Part shown: positions 39,543 through 49,191 of the stretch, one piece after another
Layout of the letters: each line of letters opens with the position of its first letter
How positions within the stretch are numbered: the stretch's first letter is position 1
Source of the DNA: Candidatus Hodarchaeota archaeon
GTDB lineage: Archaea; Asgardarchaeota; Heimdallarchaeia; Hodarchaeales; Hodarchaeaceae
Length of the DNA: 64,000 bases
Reading direction: 5' to 3'
Assembly: GCA_016840035.1 (NCBI GenBank)
Contig: JAEOTC010000111.1
Coordinates: 1-64,000 of the forward strand
Made by a program: the position numbers and the translations under genes
Notes under the pieces: model-generated
Told to the model about the DNA's origin: nothing
The model's input: only the letters and a program-made list of their open reading frames with translations
Database searches by the model: none

Positions 39543-40940
39543 GTGCTGAAGATTTCTGATGAAGCAGGAAATCTACATTATCTCCCTCTTGTAGATATTC
39601 ATACTCACATAGGAAGGGTGAAAATAGCAACCACAAAGGGTAGTTCTCAACGAATAAACCAACCTCAAGACATTACCAACCTATACCAGAAATTACAATA
39701 TGAAATTACCTCACGGATTAGTCAGAACCAAGATAAGTATCCTATTAACATTCCTGATGCTCAGGAATGTGTAGAACCCCTTCTTCCTATTGTAAACACA
39801 ATATTAACCCATCAATCAGCAAAATCAAGAGCTTTCTTGGTAGATGTGATAGTTACATTCCCATTTAATGATATATTTCACTTAAAAACCTCCCCCAAAT
39901 TTGTAAAAAGCAATCGATATGTACGTTATCAAGTGAATACTTTCGATAACACCTTTAGATTTCTTCCCTTCTGCCGAGTAGATCCTACCGATTCTGATGC
40001 TGTAAATGAGATTCAGAGTTCTATCACTCAGGGAATGTATGGCTTGAAACTCCATCCACTGTCTCAAGGATGGATTGACAGAATTAAAACTGCAGAGACT
40101 ATGAATGTATTGAAAACTGCTGGAAATCTGAACATTCCAGTAATTTTCGATGTACCCAACAAGGGTGTGGCTCTTGATATTACAACCATCACACAAGAGG
40201 CGCGTCAAGAATCAGAAAATCCTGTCAAAGTAATACTAGGACATACAGGATTCGATTATTCTTCCTCAGAGATATTTGATTGTCTGTCTCAGGAGGGGAT
40301 GTATGCAGAGACTTCTGGTATGAGAGGAAAGGATGTTGAGATTTTTTTTAATAATGTCATATCGGTCCCTGATTGGGAAAATAAACTTTTATTTGGCACG
40401 GATCACAATTATTTTAGTGTTCTACAGGCAACAGATGTCATAACATTTCTAATTTCAAACAAGTTTCAAATAATGTTGTTAGAGAATGATATTGAAGCAA
40501 AACCACTAGAAATTGCATTTAAAATATTAGGAGGCAATGCTTTAGAGATTATCCCAACTGCATGGGATCCTATAACAGAAAAAACCCCTCAATTAAAATT
40601 TAAAGTTTTGAAAGACGTTTTCATACAATTTCTAAAGAAATACATAACTTCGGAGGGAAACTATCTGCGGGTTGATCAAGGCTTCGATGAATCCAGAAAA
40701 GAGGTAGTTCAAATCATCACTTTTGGAACTAGTAATACAAAATTCTCTTTTATTATATTTGAAACATCCAATCTACGAGAAATATTATTACAATCTATTC
40801 ATCCAGCTATTCGAAAAGTAAATTATAGTGAGCAAGCAATATTTCCCGTGCTTTCAACTTTAAAATCATTAAAGAGAGCAAAAAAACTTTCCCTAGAGAA
40901 ATTGCAGGCAACAGTGATTAAAATTTTGTCACAAGAGTGA
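39543..40940 (+). CDS. Amidohydrolase-family metallo-hydrolase (Amidohydro_2-like) with extra C-terminal domain
   Basis: DIHTH, GLKLHP, LGHTG, ETSG, LFGTD, ILGGNA. Confidence 0.85.
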   Translation: MLKISDEAGNLHYLPLVDIHTHIGRVKIATTKGSSQRINQPQDITNLYQKLQYEITSRISQNQDKYPINIPDAQECVEPLLPIVNTILTHQSAKSRAFLVDVIVTFPFNDIFHLKTSPKFVKSNRYVRYQVNTFDNTFRFLPFCRVDPTDSDAVNEIQSSITQGMYGLKLHPLSQGWIDRIKTAETMNVLKTAGNLNIPVIFDVPNKGVALDITTITQEARQESENPVKVILGHTGFDYSSSEIFDCLSQEGMYAETSGMRGKDVEIFFNNVISVPDWENKLLFGTDHNYFSVLQATDVITFLISNKFQIMLLENDIEAKPLEIAFKILGGNALEIIPTAWDPITEKTPQLKFKVLKDVFIQFLKKYITSEGNYLRVDQGFDESRKEVVQIITFGTSNTKFSFIIFETSNLREILLQSIHPAIRKVNYSEQAIFPVLSTLKSLKRAKKLSLEKLQATVIKILSQE

Positions 40941-43900
40941 ACATAATGGAATTAAAAGACTACATATTAGAGACACAATTATATTTTTCCCATGGGATAG
41001 AAGTTGAAAATCATTTAGTGAACGAAAGCACAGGGGAAGTTCTAGTCGGAAATGAACTGATTGAGACTTGGGAACAAATGTTTGCTGGTGCAGTGAAATA
41101 CTTAGAAAAGTTGAAAAAAGCAAAACACACACCAAAAGCCATAGCTAAGAAGATCGTGAAAATTGAGGTAACGGAGGAATTAAAAAGAGAGAAAAGACTC
41201 AATTTTATCTTCGTTCACTATCGATTAGGAAAAAAGACAATTCGAGTCAATGTCTTTGGTCCTGATCCAAATATATCCCAGATCACTTGGTTATTAGAAC
41301 TTGTTACCCCTCCATGTGAGTATTTGGAAGAAATTGCCTTCTGGATTGATTCTCTTTACGCTGCCGCTGCTCATGGCCTTTCAAAAGTAAAAAATAAATG
41401 TACTCTGTTACCTTTAGGATTAAATCCCATGGAAAAACGAGTACGAAGTGGTTTGACTTGTGGCGAACATCATCACATAGGTATTCCCTCCTTTTTCCGT
41501 GCACCCGTTTATAACATGCTGAGAAACTATATTCCCCACCTAATTGCGTTAAGTTCAACTTCTCCGTTTCTCGACCAGAAACCAAGTAGTAAAATAATTT
41601 TCAAGGAGAAAGATGGGAAAAAACAAGTGATTAGCAGAGGAATTCATTCGTATCGATTAGCAAACAATACTGGTCAAATGGGACCAAACATCCCTCAGTA
41701 CTTGCCTATTATTGATGATATGACATCTCGAGAAGACTTTGCCAACTCGATACGCAAAGTTCCCCCTGAGGATCGGATGATAGATCTTTTTCCATATACG
41801 GACTATTCGACAATAGAGTTAAGATTTTTCGATGCCCAGCCTTATAAAGAAAACCGCTTAGCTATGGTTTTACTTATCCAAGCATTAGCTCAGAAAACAA
41901 AAAAGTTAATTAAAGATAAATTACCTGTTCCAACTGTATCTTCAAAGAGTTTATATGAGAATCGCCGAAAATCAATTCAATTTGGTCTTTTAGCTCAATT
42001 TACAAGAGATGAAACCCTAACAGGCGAGTTTGCATGGTATTACAATTATGATATTGAGAATGGAGTAAAAGCCTCAAAACTATTACATTCCGTTCTAGCC
42101 ATGCTTATATATATTGAAGATGAAATACTGGATCTTGGTGAGAAATATGTCGACCAGGTACTATTACCAGTCTTGGGTTCAAAGAAATTTGCCCCTCCAT
42201 TCACGGTATGTGAATATCTTCTTTCTCTTTACACAGAAAAAAAAGAAAATGCAGCTGAACTACTCAAAGAATTATACTATGAGGAAAAGCTTTCATACAC
42301 TCCCGAAGTAGCAGGTGATTTCTCATCATTCCTTGTTGAAAATCCTCCTGACTCTTTCACAGAGGTCGACACTCAGAAAGCGAACTTAAGTCAGCTTTTG
42401 AAGAAAGATATTTCCACAAGAGATGTATTTGCAAGCAAGCCCAAACCAAAACCCAAAAAACGAAAAAAACCGAAACCAGTAGTTCCCAAAGAAGAACCAG
42501 TCGAAGTAACGAAGAAAAAGAAACCAGAGGTAGTACGAGCCAAAAAAGAACCTAAGAAAAAGGTTCCTAGTAAAAAACCAAAGGTTGTAGAGCCTACTAA
42601 ACCTAAAAAGCCTGTTAAAAAAGTTACACCTAAGAAGGAAGTAAAAAAGAAACCTATAGATCCGAAACTTACTCCTATCAAAGAAGAACCGCAGGTTTTC
42701 TCCGCATTTGATGAAAATGAGGATCTTGAGATCTATTCTCCGATGATCGAAATTGAACCTAAGTATCAGAAAATTAATTCTAAAATTGCGAATATAATGA
42801 GAACACGCCGTCAAGAAATTGAGACAAAGCGTGTAGTCTTCTTTCGTGAACATCTGAAGGAGGAAGAGTCGTCTTTCAAACCTTTCCCAAAAAAAAGAGC
42901 AGCGATTTTTCCCGCTCTATTTTCTGGCCCTGAATTATTTGGATATATTGAACTTACATTTGGTGACATTAAGAAAGTTATGTATCAATTTCGTAATAAT
43001 CCAATTACTCTGAAATTTTATGATAACCAAACAGACAAAGAAATCTCTTCCATTAGAACTTTTATTGATATTTCTAGAATTGAAAAACGTCAAATGGTAA
43101 GAATTCCATGTTCCGTTAACCTAGGAGAATTATATGGGAAGTTACAAATCAGAGTAGAAGCCGTCACTTCCACAAATCACAGATTACTACCTGAAAACTT
43201 TACATTTAAAACAGAACGCAAAGATGACATTAGTATTTCTCCTAAAGAATTCTATATAACAAGTAACTTTGGTTCTGTAGAGTGCATTTACAAAGCGACC
43301 AATGATTCCAAGAAAGAAGAACGAGGGGAATTAACACTCATATTAGCAACACAAGCAGCAGCAACACCAATAGTCCTTTATGAGGAGAAATTTTCTCTTC
43401 AGCCTCGTGCTTCATATGAGTTGGCCAGGAGTATTGATTTATCCATTGATTACCAGCATAGTTCTTTTTATATCATTGCCCGTGTAACTACAGGGATGCT
43501 TAAGAAAAATCGATCATTTAAGAGTATACGCGTACCAGTATTACGTGAAATTGTGGTTGATTGGTCTTATGAAACAAAGGCTGGTTCTAAAAATGACCTT
43601 TGGCAAGGGGTGGAATCCAAAACACACTACTCTGTCGATTTTGTTTTTCATTTTCTTCGATCTTTACCTCCTGTAACCATAACTATTTATATAAACACGT
43701 TTCCTCAAGGAGAAACAAAGAAATTAACGAGCTTACGGTTGAAGCGGTACATAGATAAAGGGGATGAGTTTCGTGCACCAACAGTCAAATTCAAAACCCC
43801 TAAAAAATGCGGTTACTTAATATTCGATGCACAAATTCGGACAGAAAAAGGTATTCTACCAATGCATTTAATCTCCGAACCAATTGGGGTATATGCATTG

Positions 43901-43945
43901 ACTACTAAAGCCACATTCGAAGAAAGACGAAATTTAGATCTGTAA
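40937..43945 (+). CDS. Glutamate--cysteine ligase family 2 (YbdK/GCS2) carboxylate-amine ligase domain + Lys/Pro-rich linker + beta-rich C-terminal domains
   Basis: GIEVE, LELVTPPC, CGEHHHIG, LRNYIPHLIALSSTSPF, SYR, TIELRFFD; start overlaps the upstream stop (GTGA). Confidence 0.8.
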   Translation: MNIMELKDYILETQLYFSHGIEVENHLVNESTGEVLVGNELIETWEQMFAGAVKYLEKLKKAKHTPKAIAKKIVKIEVTEELKREKRLNFIFVHYRLGKKTIRVNVFGPDPNISQITWLLELVTPPCEYLEEIAFWIDSLYAAAAHGLSKVKNKCTLLPLGLNPMEKRVRSGLTCGEHHHIGIPSFFRAPVYNMLRNYIPHLIALSSTSPFLDQKPSSKIIFKEKDGKKQVISRGIHSYRLANNTGQMGPNIPQYLPIIDDMTSREDFANSIRKVPPEDRMIDLFPYTDYSTIELRFFDAQPYKENRLAMVLLIQALAQKTKKLIKDKLPVPTVSSKSLYENRRKSIQFGLLAQFTRDETLTGEFAWYYNYDIENGVKASKLLHSVLAMLIYIEDEILDLGEKYVDQVLLPVLGSKKFAPPFTVCEYLLSLYTEKKENAAELLKELYYEEKLSYTPEVAGDFSSFLVENPPDSFTEVDTQKANLSQLLKKDISTRDVFASKPKPKPKKRKKPKPVVPKEEPVEVTKKKKPEVVRAKKEPKKKVPSKKPKVVEPTKPKKPVKKVTPKKEVKKKPIDPKLTPIKEEPQVFSAFDENEDLEIYSPMIEIEPKYQKINSKIANIMRTRRQEIETKRVVFFREHLKEEESSFKPFPKKRAAIFPALFSGPELFGYIELTFGDIKKVMYQFRNNPITLKFYDNQTDKEISSIRTFIDISRIEKRQMVRIPCSVNLGELYGKLQIRVEAVTSTNHRLLPENFTFKTERKDDISISPKEFYITSNFGSVECIYKATNDSKKEERGELTLILATQAAATPIVLYEEKFSLQPRASYELARSIDLSIDYQHSSFYIIARVTTGMLKKNRSFKSIRVPVLREIVVDWSYETKAGSKNDLWQGVESKTHYSVDFVFHFLRSLPPVTITIYINTFPQGETKKLTSLRLKRYIDKGDEFRAPTVKFKTPKKCGYLIFDAQIRTEKGILPMHLISEPIGVYALTTKATFEERRNLDL

Positions 43946-44050
43946 TGAAATACCTATGAATTTGGATTGACCTTAAAGGATGTAATTTTTAAAGGACACA
44001 TCAACCTAGACTGAAACAACTCAAGATAACTATAGCAAGGAGACTTTCTC

Positions 44051-45340
44051 ATGACCAAAATTCCATTGAATGTTGTAAATGTTGGCAATATTGAGGGAAG
44101 AGCTTATCTTCATCCTCAAGACATAGAAAAATTGGAAATTAATGAATTCGATTATGTAAAAATGGTAACTGAATGGGAGGATTGGGGAGCAGTTCAGATT
44201 CTTTTATCAGATGAGGTAGAGCAGGGTACAATTGCAGTAGATGGTAGCGTACTTTCATCAGCGAATATATCGGATGGTGATGCGGTTGAAGTCGACGTAG
44301 TTACTGCTACAGCAGGTATCAAATCGATTAAGCTGGGAATCGAACCTCTTGCTGGTCAAGAAGTGGAAGAAGCGATTTTATGGATTGCTACTGAATTTGA
44401 ACAACTTTCTACCCTTTTAAAAAATCGTCCAGTGTTCAATAATCTACAAATCGGATGGGAAGATTGTCCAATAGGTAATTTAACAGTCAGATTTCTCGGT
44501 GCAGACCCTCCGATACCTGAGGAGAATATTGGAATTGTGGATCCCACTGGAAGAGAAGTGGAGATTAATATAATTCCATTTACTGAAATGAGTTTTAACG
44601 CCGTATTGGTTCTTGATGTCTCAGGAAGCATGTCCAAGAAAGATATGAAAGTACAGAACATTAGTGGTGCATTAGAAGGTTTAAAAAAGGGATTAGATGA
44701 GTCAAATGAACTGAATCAGTTTATAGAAAAATTCCAAGATGGAAAGAAAGTTTCTAGAGTTGATGCAGCTGCGATGGCAATAATGTTATTCATGTCATTG
44801 AAGATTGCTAAAGGATGGGGAGAACAAATCCAATTGTTAACTTTTTCCGGTGAAGTGGAAAAATTTGCTCTCGGAGAGGCAAACGTAATCTCATGTGTTG
44901 GAGAAACGAAGAAAGCAGGAATCGAAAGCATCATAGACCATGTTGTTCAGAAAACTGCTGAAAGTACTGGTTTAACATTCCTAAGTGGTGCTATAGATCA
45001 AGCATATAAGAGCATCGCTAGTTTTGATGATAATCCCACTATCCAGAAGAAGAATCCAACCATGATTATTGTTCTTACTGATGGTAATCCAAATAAAGGA
45101 AATGGGCTAGGAGTCAATCCCATTCCAGTTGTCAAACAGCATGTTGAACAATTACCTGAAGTCGTGCTGTATGCAATTGGATTAGGAGAAGCTGATCGGT
45201 TAATGCTTCGCAAAATCGGTGAAATGGGTCGTGGGGGAAGCCTGATGGCGGACGACTTGGAAACACTGATCGATTTCTATGATTCACTTGCTCAGAATTT
45301 CCAGATGGTCGTAAAAATGAAGAAGGAGCCCGAAGACTAA
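44051..45340 (+). CDS. CDC48/VAT N-domain-like region fused to a von Willebrand factor A domain
   Basis: GRAYLHPQDIEKLEINEFDYVK...GTIAVDG...ANISDGDAVEV (double-psi barrel pattern); MIDAS DVSGS, GLT, LTDG, AIGLG. Confidence 0.75.
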   Translation: MTKIPLNVVNVGNIEGRAYLHPQDIEKLEINEFDYVKMVTEWEDWGAVQILLSDEVEQGTIAVDGSVLSSANISDGDAVEVDVVTATAGIKSIKLGIEPLAGQEVEEAILWIATEFEQLSTLLKNRPVFNNLQIGWEDCPIGNLTVRFLGADPPIPEENIGIVDPTGREVEINIIPFTEMSFNAVLVLDVSGSMSKKDMKVQNISGALEGLKKGLDESNELNQFIEKFQDGKKVSRVDAAAMAIMLFMSLKIAKGWGEQIQLLTFSGEVEKFALGEANVISCVGETKKAGIESIIDHVVQKTAESTGLTFLSGAIDQAYKSIASFDDNPTIQKKNPTMIIVLTDGNPNKGNGLGVNPIPVVKQHVEQLPEVVLYAIGLGEADRLMLRKIGEMGRGGSLMADDLETLIDFYDSLAQNFQMVVKMKKEPED

Positions 45341-45586
45341 TTTTATCTTAATCCTCCCCTTTATTTTTCATTTTAATTTTCTCCCCTACGACGAAAGTTC
45401 AATTTAAACCTTTATTCATCGCAAACACTCATGATTAAGGCAAAAATCGGGACTAAAAATCTCTAAACCGTCTTTAATCTAATTAAATTCCGTAGGAAAA
45501 GGACTAGATTTTTATACTTCAATCAAGATTGCAATGTCCCCCCTTTGCGAAAGGGTTAATTTCCATATAAAATTTTAGGTGAAGAT

Positions 45587-47110
45587 ATGCCAGAATACAA
45601 GGTCGTAACCTCTGATTTAGATCCAAAAGACGCTGTAATTGTGTCTACCGAAAATAATCAGCATATAGTAACACAAGCAAAATTCTCGTTATCATTTAAA
45701 GGAACTGAAGAAAAGGTTGGACAGGTTTTCAAATTAAAATGCTTTTTAGAAGAAGATGAAATAGGACTCTCGCAGGTCATGATGAATCGACTTGGAGTAG
45801 CAGAAGGGGATCTAGTCCGTTTGCAATCTATTGGAAGAACAATCTCCAGAAGCTTTTCTCTAATTAAGCAAAGAATAGCTCAACCAGGAAGAATGTTTAC
45901 TAAAAACGAAATAGATCAGATTATTAGTGACATCACTCTGGATAATATGACTCCACTTGAAGAATCCGTTTTTCTCACTTCCCAAATGCTCCAAGAGTGG
46001 AGTATCGGCGAGGTTGAACATCTAACCAATGCCATAGCTTATTCGGGACAAGTAATAAATTGGGGGGAAACTGTGATCTTTGACAAGCATTCTTTAGGTG
46101 GTGTTCCCGGTAACAAAGTTACACTTCTTGTTGTTCCCATCATTGCAGCTGCTGGTTTAACTATTCCCAAAACCTCATCTCGTGCCATTACAAGCCCTTC
46201 AGGTACAGCTGATACTATGGAAGCACTTGGGTGTACGATTGAATTCACAATTGATGAAATGGTGGACATGGCACATAAGGTTGGAGGCCTTATTGCATGG
46301 ACTGGAGGGTTAAATCTTGTTCCCGCAGATGAAAAGATAATCCGTGATGTTCAGTATCCATTAGGGATCGATCCAGAACCAATGATGATGGCTTCTGTGA
46401 TTTCTAAGAAAGTCGCCATGGGAGTGAAATTTTTAGTACTTGATATACCAACAGGTTATGGTACGAAAGTAGCATCTCTTGATGATGGAAAGCGAATTGC
46501 CCATAAATTTGCTGAATTAGGGCGATTACTTGGTATTAGAATTGAAAGTGGCATTACTTACGGTAGCTCACCTGTTGGTAACGCTATTGGCCCTGCATTA
46601 GAAGCACAAGAGGCTCTTACTAGTCTTAAAAATCCTTTAGAGGCCCCTCATTCTCTAGTAGGCAAGAGTACATCTCTCGCAGGGATCCTCTTAGAGATGG
46701 CTGGAAAAGCAATTACAGGTACCGGGCAAGAGATGGCGTATGAGATACTAAATTCTGGGAAGGCATATCAGAAATTTCAGGAGATTATAGAAGCTCAAGA
46801 TGCCGATCCAAATCTTAAACCAGAAGATATCGAGATTGGAAAAGCGAGTTATGACTATCTAGCCCCGCAAAGTGGGTATGTAGTTGAAATCAACAATAAA
46901 GTGATTGTTCGAGCTGCTCGTGCAGCTGGTGCTCCAATGGATAAACGTGCAGGAGTTTTTTTCCATAAGAAGAAAGATTCTGTGAAACGAGGAGAACCTC
47001 TATTTACGCTGTACTCAGCAAATGAGAAAAAACTTACCGCTGCTCAAGCAGAGTTAACTAAAGGAGATTTACCAGTAACAATTGAGGGTATGCTATTAGC
47101 ACGAGAATAA
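45587..47110 (+). CDS. deoA: AMP phosphorylase (thymidine phosphorylase family, archaeal type)
   Basis: DKHSLGGVPGNK, PKTSSRAITSPSGTAD, GPALEA, ARAAGAPMDK; archaeal N-terminal extension. Confidence 0.92.
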   Translation: MPEYKVVTSDLDPKDAVIVSTENNQHIVTQAKFSLSFKGTEEKVGQVFKLKCFLEEDEIGLSQVMMNRLGVAEGDLVRLQSIGRTISRSFSLIKQRIAQPGRMFTKNEIDQIISDITLDNMTPLEESVFLTSQMLQEWSIGEVEHLTNAIAYSGQVINWGETVIFDKHSLGGVPGNKVTLLVVPIIAAAGLTIPKTSSRAITSPSGTADTMEALGCTIEFTIDEMVDMAHKVGGLIAWTGGLNLVPADEKIIRDVQYPLGIDPEPMMMASVISKKVAMGVKFLVLDIPTGYGTKVASLDDGKRIAHKFAELGRLLGIRIESGITYGSSPVGNAIGPALEAQEALTSLKNPLEAPHSLVGKSTSLAGILLEMAGKAITGTGQEMAYEILNSGKAYQKFQEIIEAQDADPNLKPEDIEIGKASYDYLAPQSGYVVEINNKVIVRAARAAGAPMDKRAGVFFHKKKDSVKRGEPLFTLYSANEKKLTAAQAELTKGDLPVTIEGMLLARE

Positions 47111-47114
47111 ACTA

Positions 47115-47513
47115 TTGATTGGAATGAAACCATCCACAAAAGTACCCCTGGATATATTATCTCAATTTGTTGCTCATTGTAATTCTATACCCGAGAAAAC
47201 TGTTATTATTGTTGAAGGCAAACGAGATATTGAAGCATTAGAGTTAATTGGTATCAAGTTAACCAATGGTACTATTCTCGCGAAAAAAGGTCAATCTGTT
47301 TCCAATCTTGTAAATTTAATTCAACGTACTCCTGTAATCATCCTTCTCCCAGATTTTGATAAGGAGGGAAAGCATCTACGGGGCAAAATTCTCAAAGAAC
47401 TTCAGAAGTATAAAGGACATGGACTTATTGACCCCATTCCGAGGCAGCTCTTGTTTAAATTTTGTCGAGCCACCCGAATTAATGAAATTGAGGAGCTTAA
47501 ACAGTTTTCATAA
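47115..47513 (+). CDS. Small TOPRIM-domain protein
   Basis: IIVEGKRD and LPDFDKEG (E...DxD). Confidence 0.85.
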   Translation: MIGMKPSTKVPLDILSQFVAHCNSIPEKTVIIVEGKRDIEALELIGIKLTNGTILAKKGQSVSNLVNLIQRTPVIILLPDFDKEGKHLRGKILKELQKYKGHGLIDPIPRQLLFKFCRATRINEIEELKQFS

Positions 47514-47734
47514 CTGTCTTTCAGAACCAAAGATAGTTTTATTAACTGAAATCCATCTCCTTAAACGTGAAAACCATTCGATAAGCTTTCAACTGGGATT
47601 TTTTCTCCAATAGGAAACAAGTCACATGAAATATGAAACATGGTTTAATAAATTCACGTAAGATCTCCAGGTACTTCTTCAAGAGGAATATCACTTACAA
47701 TGTTACAATATAAACCATTTCAGGAGAGATACAA

Positions 47735-48565
47735 GTGATAAGAGATGAAAGACTCTTTTATCCCAAACGTACCACGATTGCCAGCTTTCCTGGAGGTAAA
47801 AGTGATCGGAAAAAACATTTACCTCTATATAATTCACTTCCAAAAAAAATTCCGTATCTCATTGAACCTTTCGCTGGCCTTGCTAATGTTTTCATTACAA
47901 TTTCTCCTCGAGTTTCACACGTCTGGTTAAACGACAAAGATCCCGAAATTTTTTCCCTTCTATCATGTTTAAATGACCCCTCATTATTACCCGAACTTAT
48001 AGAAACCATAAAATCATTAGAACCAGTTGAGAGATCTGATTATTATCATTGGAAACACCTTGCTCCAACTAATATTATGGATCGTACTATTAGACGATTG
48101 ATTATTCTAAACTGCTCCCCTAATGGAGCTGGAGGAGGGTACAGCAGTGAGAAAGCACATCGAAAGTGGTATCAAAACAAACCACCAATTTGGCAAACTC
48201 TTCACCAGTTATTCCAAGAAAAAAAGGTGAGAATAACTAATTGGGATTATGAAGAAGTTCTTGGATCACTCTCGCAGGATACCGAGATCAAAGAATGTTT
48301 TGTTTATTTAGATCCCCCTTATTATGATGTAGCTGAAAAAGGGGCATTATACGGCAAAAAATATAATCAAATTGATATAGAGAGATTGAAAACCTTCTTA
48401 AGTGCTTTACCAATGCAATGGTTATTATCAAATCGAGATTCTCCCATTGTTCGCGATATCTTTAAGGAATATTACCTATTGCGATATAATACATACAATG
48501 ATATGAATAATACCCGGAACAATAACCCAGAGCTTCTTATTAGCAATTATTCGCTAATTTCATGA
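47735..48565 (+). CDS. Dam-like (D12 class) DNA adenine methyltransferase, orphan
   Basis: FPGGK, EPFAG, LND, YLDPPY, ELLISNY. Confidence 0.88.
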   Translation: MIRDERLFYPKRTTIASFPGGKSDRKKHLPLYNSLPKKIPYLIEPFAGLANVFITISPRVSHVWLNDKDPEIFSLLSCLNDPSLLPELIETIKSLEPVERSDYYHWKHLAPTNIMDRTIRRLIILNCSPNGAGGGYSSEKAHRKWYQNKPPIWQTLHQLFQEKKVRITNWDYEEVLGSLSQDTEIKECFVYLDPPYYDVAEKGALYGKKYNQIDIERLKTFLSALPMQWLLSNRDSPIVRDIFKEYYLLRYNTYNDMNNTRNNNPELLISNYSLIS

Positions 48566-48620
48566 CCCTAAAATCGTTTTTCCACAGTTTGGACAAGTCT
48601 GATGGTCGAGGGTTAAAAGA

Positions 48621-49040
48621 TTAGGAAATTCTGTATCCACAAAAGGGACATGTTTGAGTCCCAAAATCTAATGATGACCCACAACCTTCACATGCATATG
48701 GTTCAGGTTCTATAAAATGCTCCTCTGGCACATCCATCAATCCACACTTCGAACATCTTCTCAATCCCTGTTCAAAACTGGCTCCACACTGAGGACAAAA
48801 TTCATTTTCCATTTCTGGTAACTTGTATACCTTTCCACCTTCTCTAATATTATGTAAACCTTTTTTATCTACAAAAATCTGAGTATGACCGCACGTAAGG
48901 CATGTCAAAGATTGCAGACTAGCTGTTCTCCCATTTGGGAGACTAATGACAGGCACAGTCCTACCAAATGGGAGTGTGACATAATGTGGGCCGCTTATCT
49001 TTGTACCTCCACATATTGGACATTCTTGTGTGAATCTCAT
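48621..49040 (-). CDS. Multi zinc-ribbon protein
   Basis: Six CxxC pairs. Confidence 0.75.
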   Translation of the reverse strand: MRFTQECPICGGTKISGPHYVTLPFGRTVPVISLPNGRTASLQSLTCLTCGHTQIFVDKKGLHNIREGGKVYKLPEMENEFCPQCGASFEQGLRRCSKCGLMDVPEEHFIEPEPYACEGCGSSLDFGTQTCPFCGYRIS

Positions 49041-49191
49041 TTTTTCTCACAGATATAGTGTTAAGGAGATTTAATAAAACTTCCTTTCTTGGAACTCTCC
49101 TCCTACTCATAAATTACACCTCGAGAGCGAAAGTTCAAAATGACCTCCAAGCAAACATATACCAAGTGAAATTTTGGAGTTTTATCAGATC

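Noticed and set aside
47514-47734. Possible small ORF or pseudogene between the TOPRIM and methylase genes
   Set aside because: Only short frames with no recognisable motif
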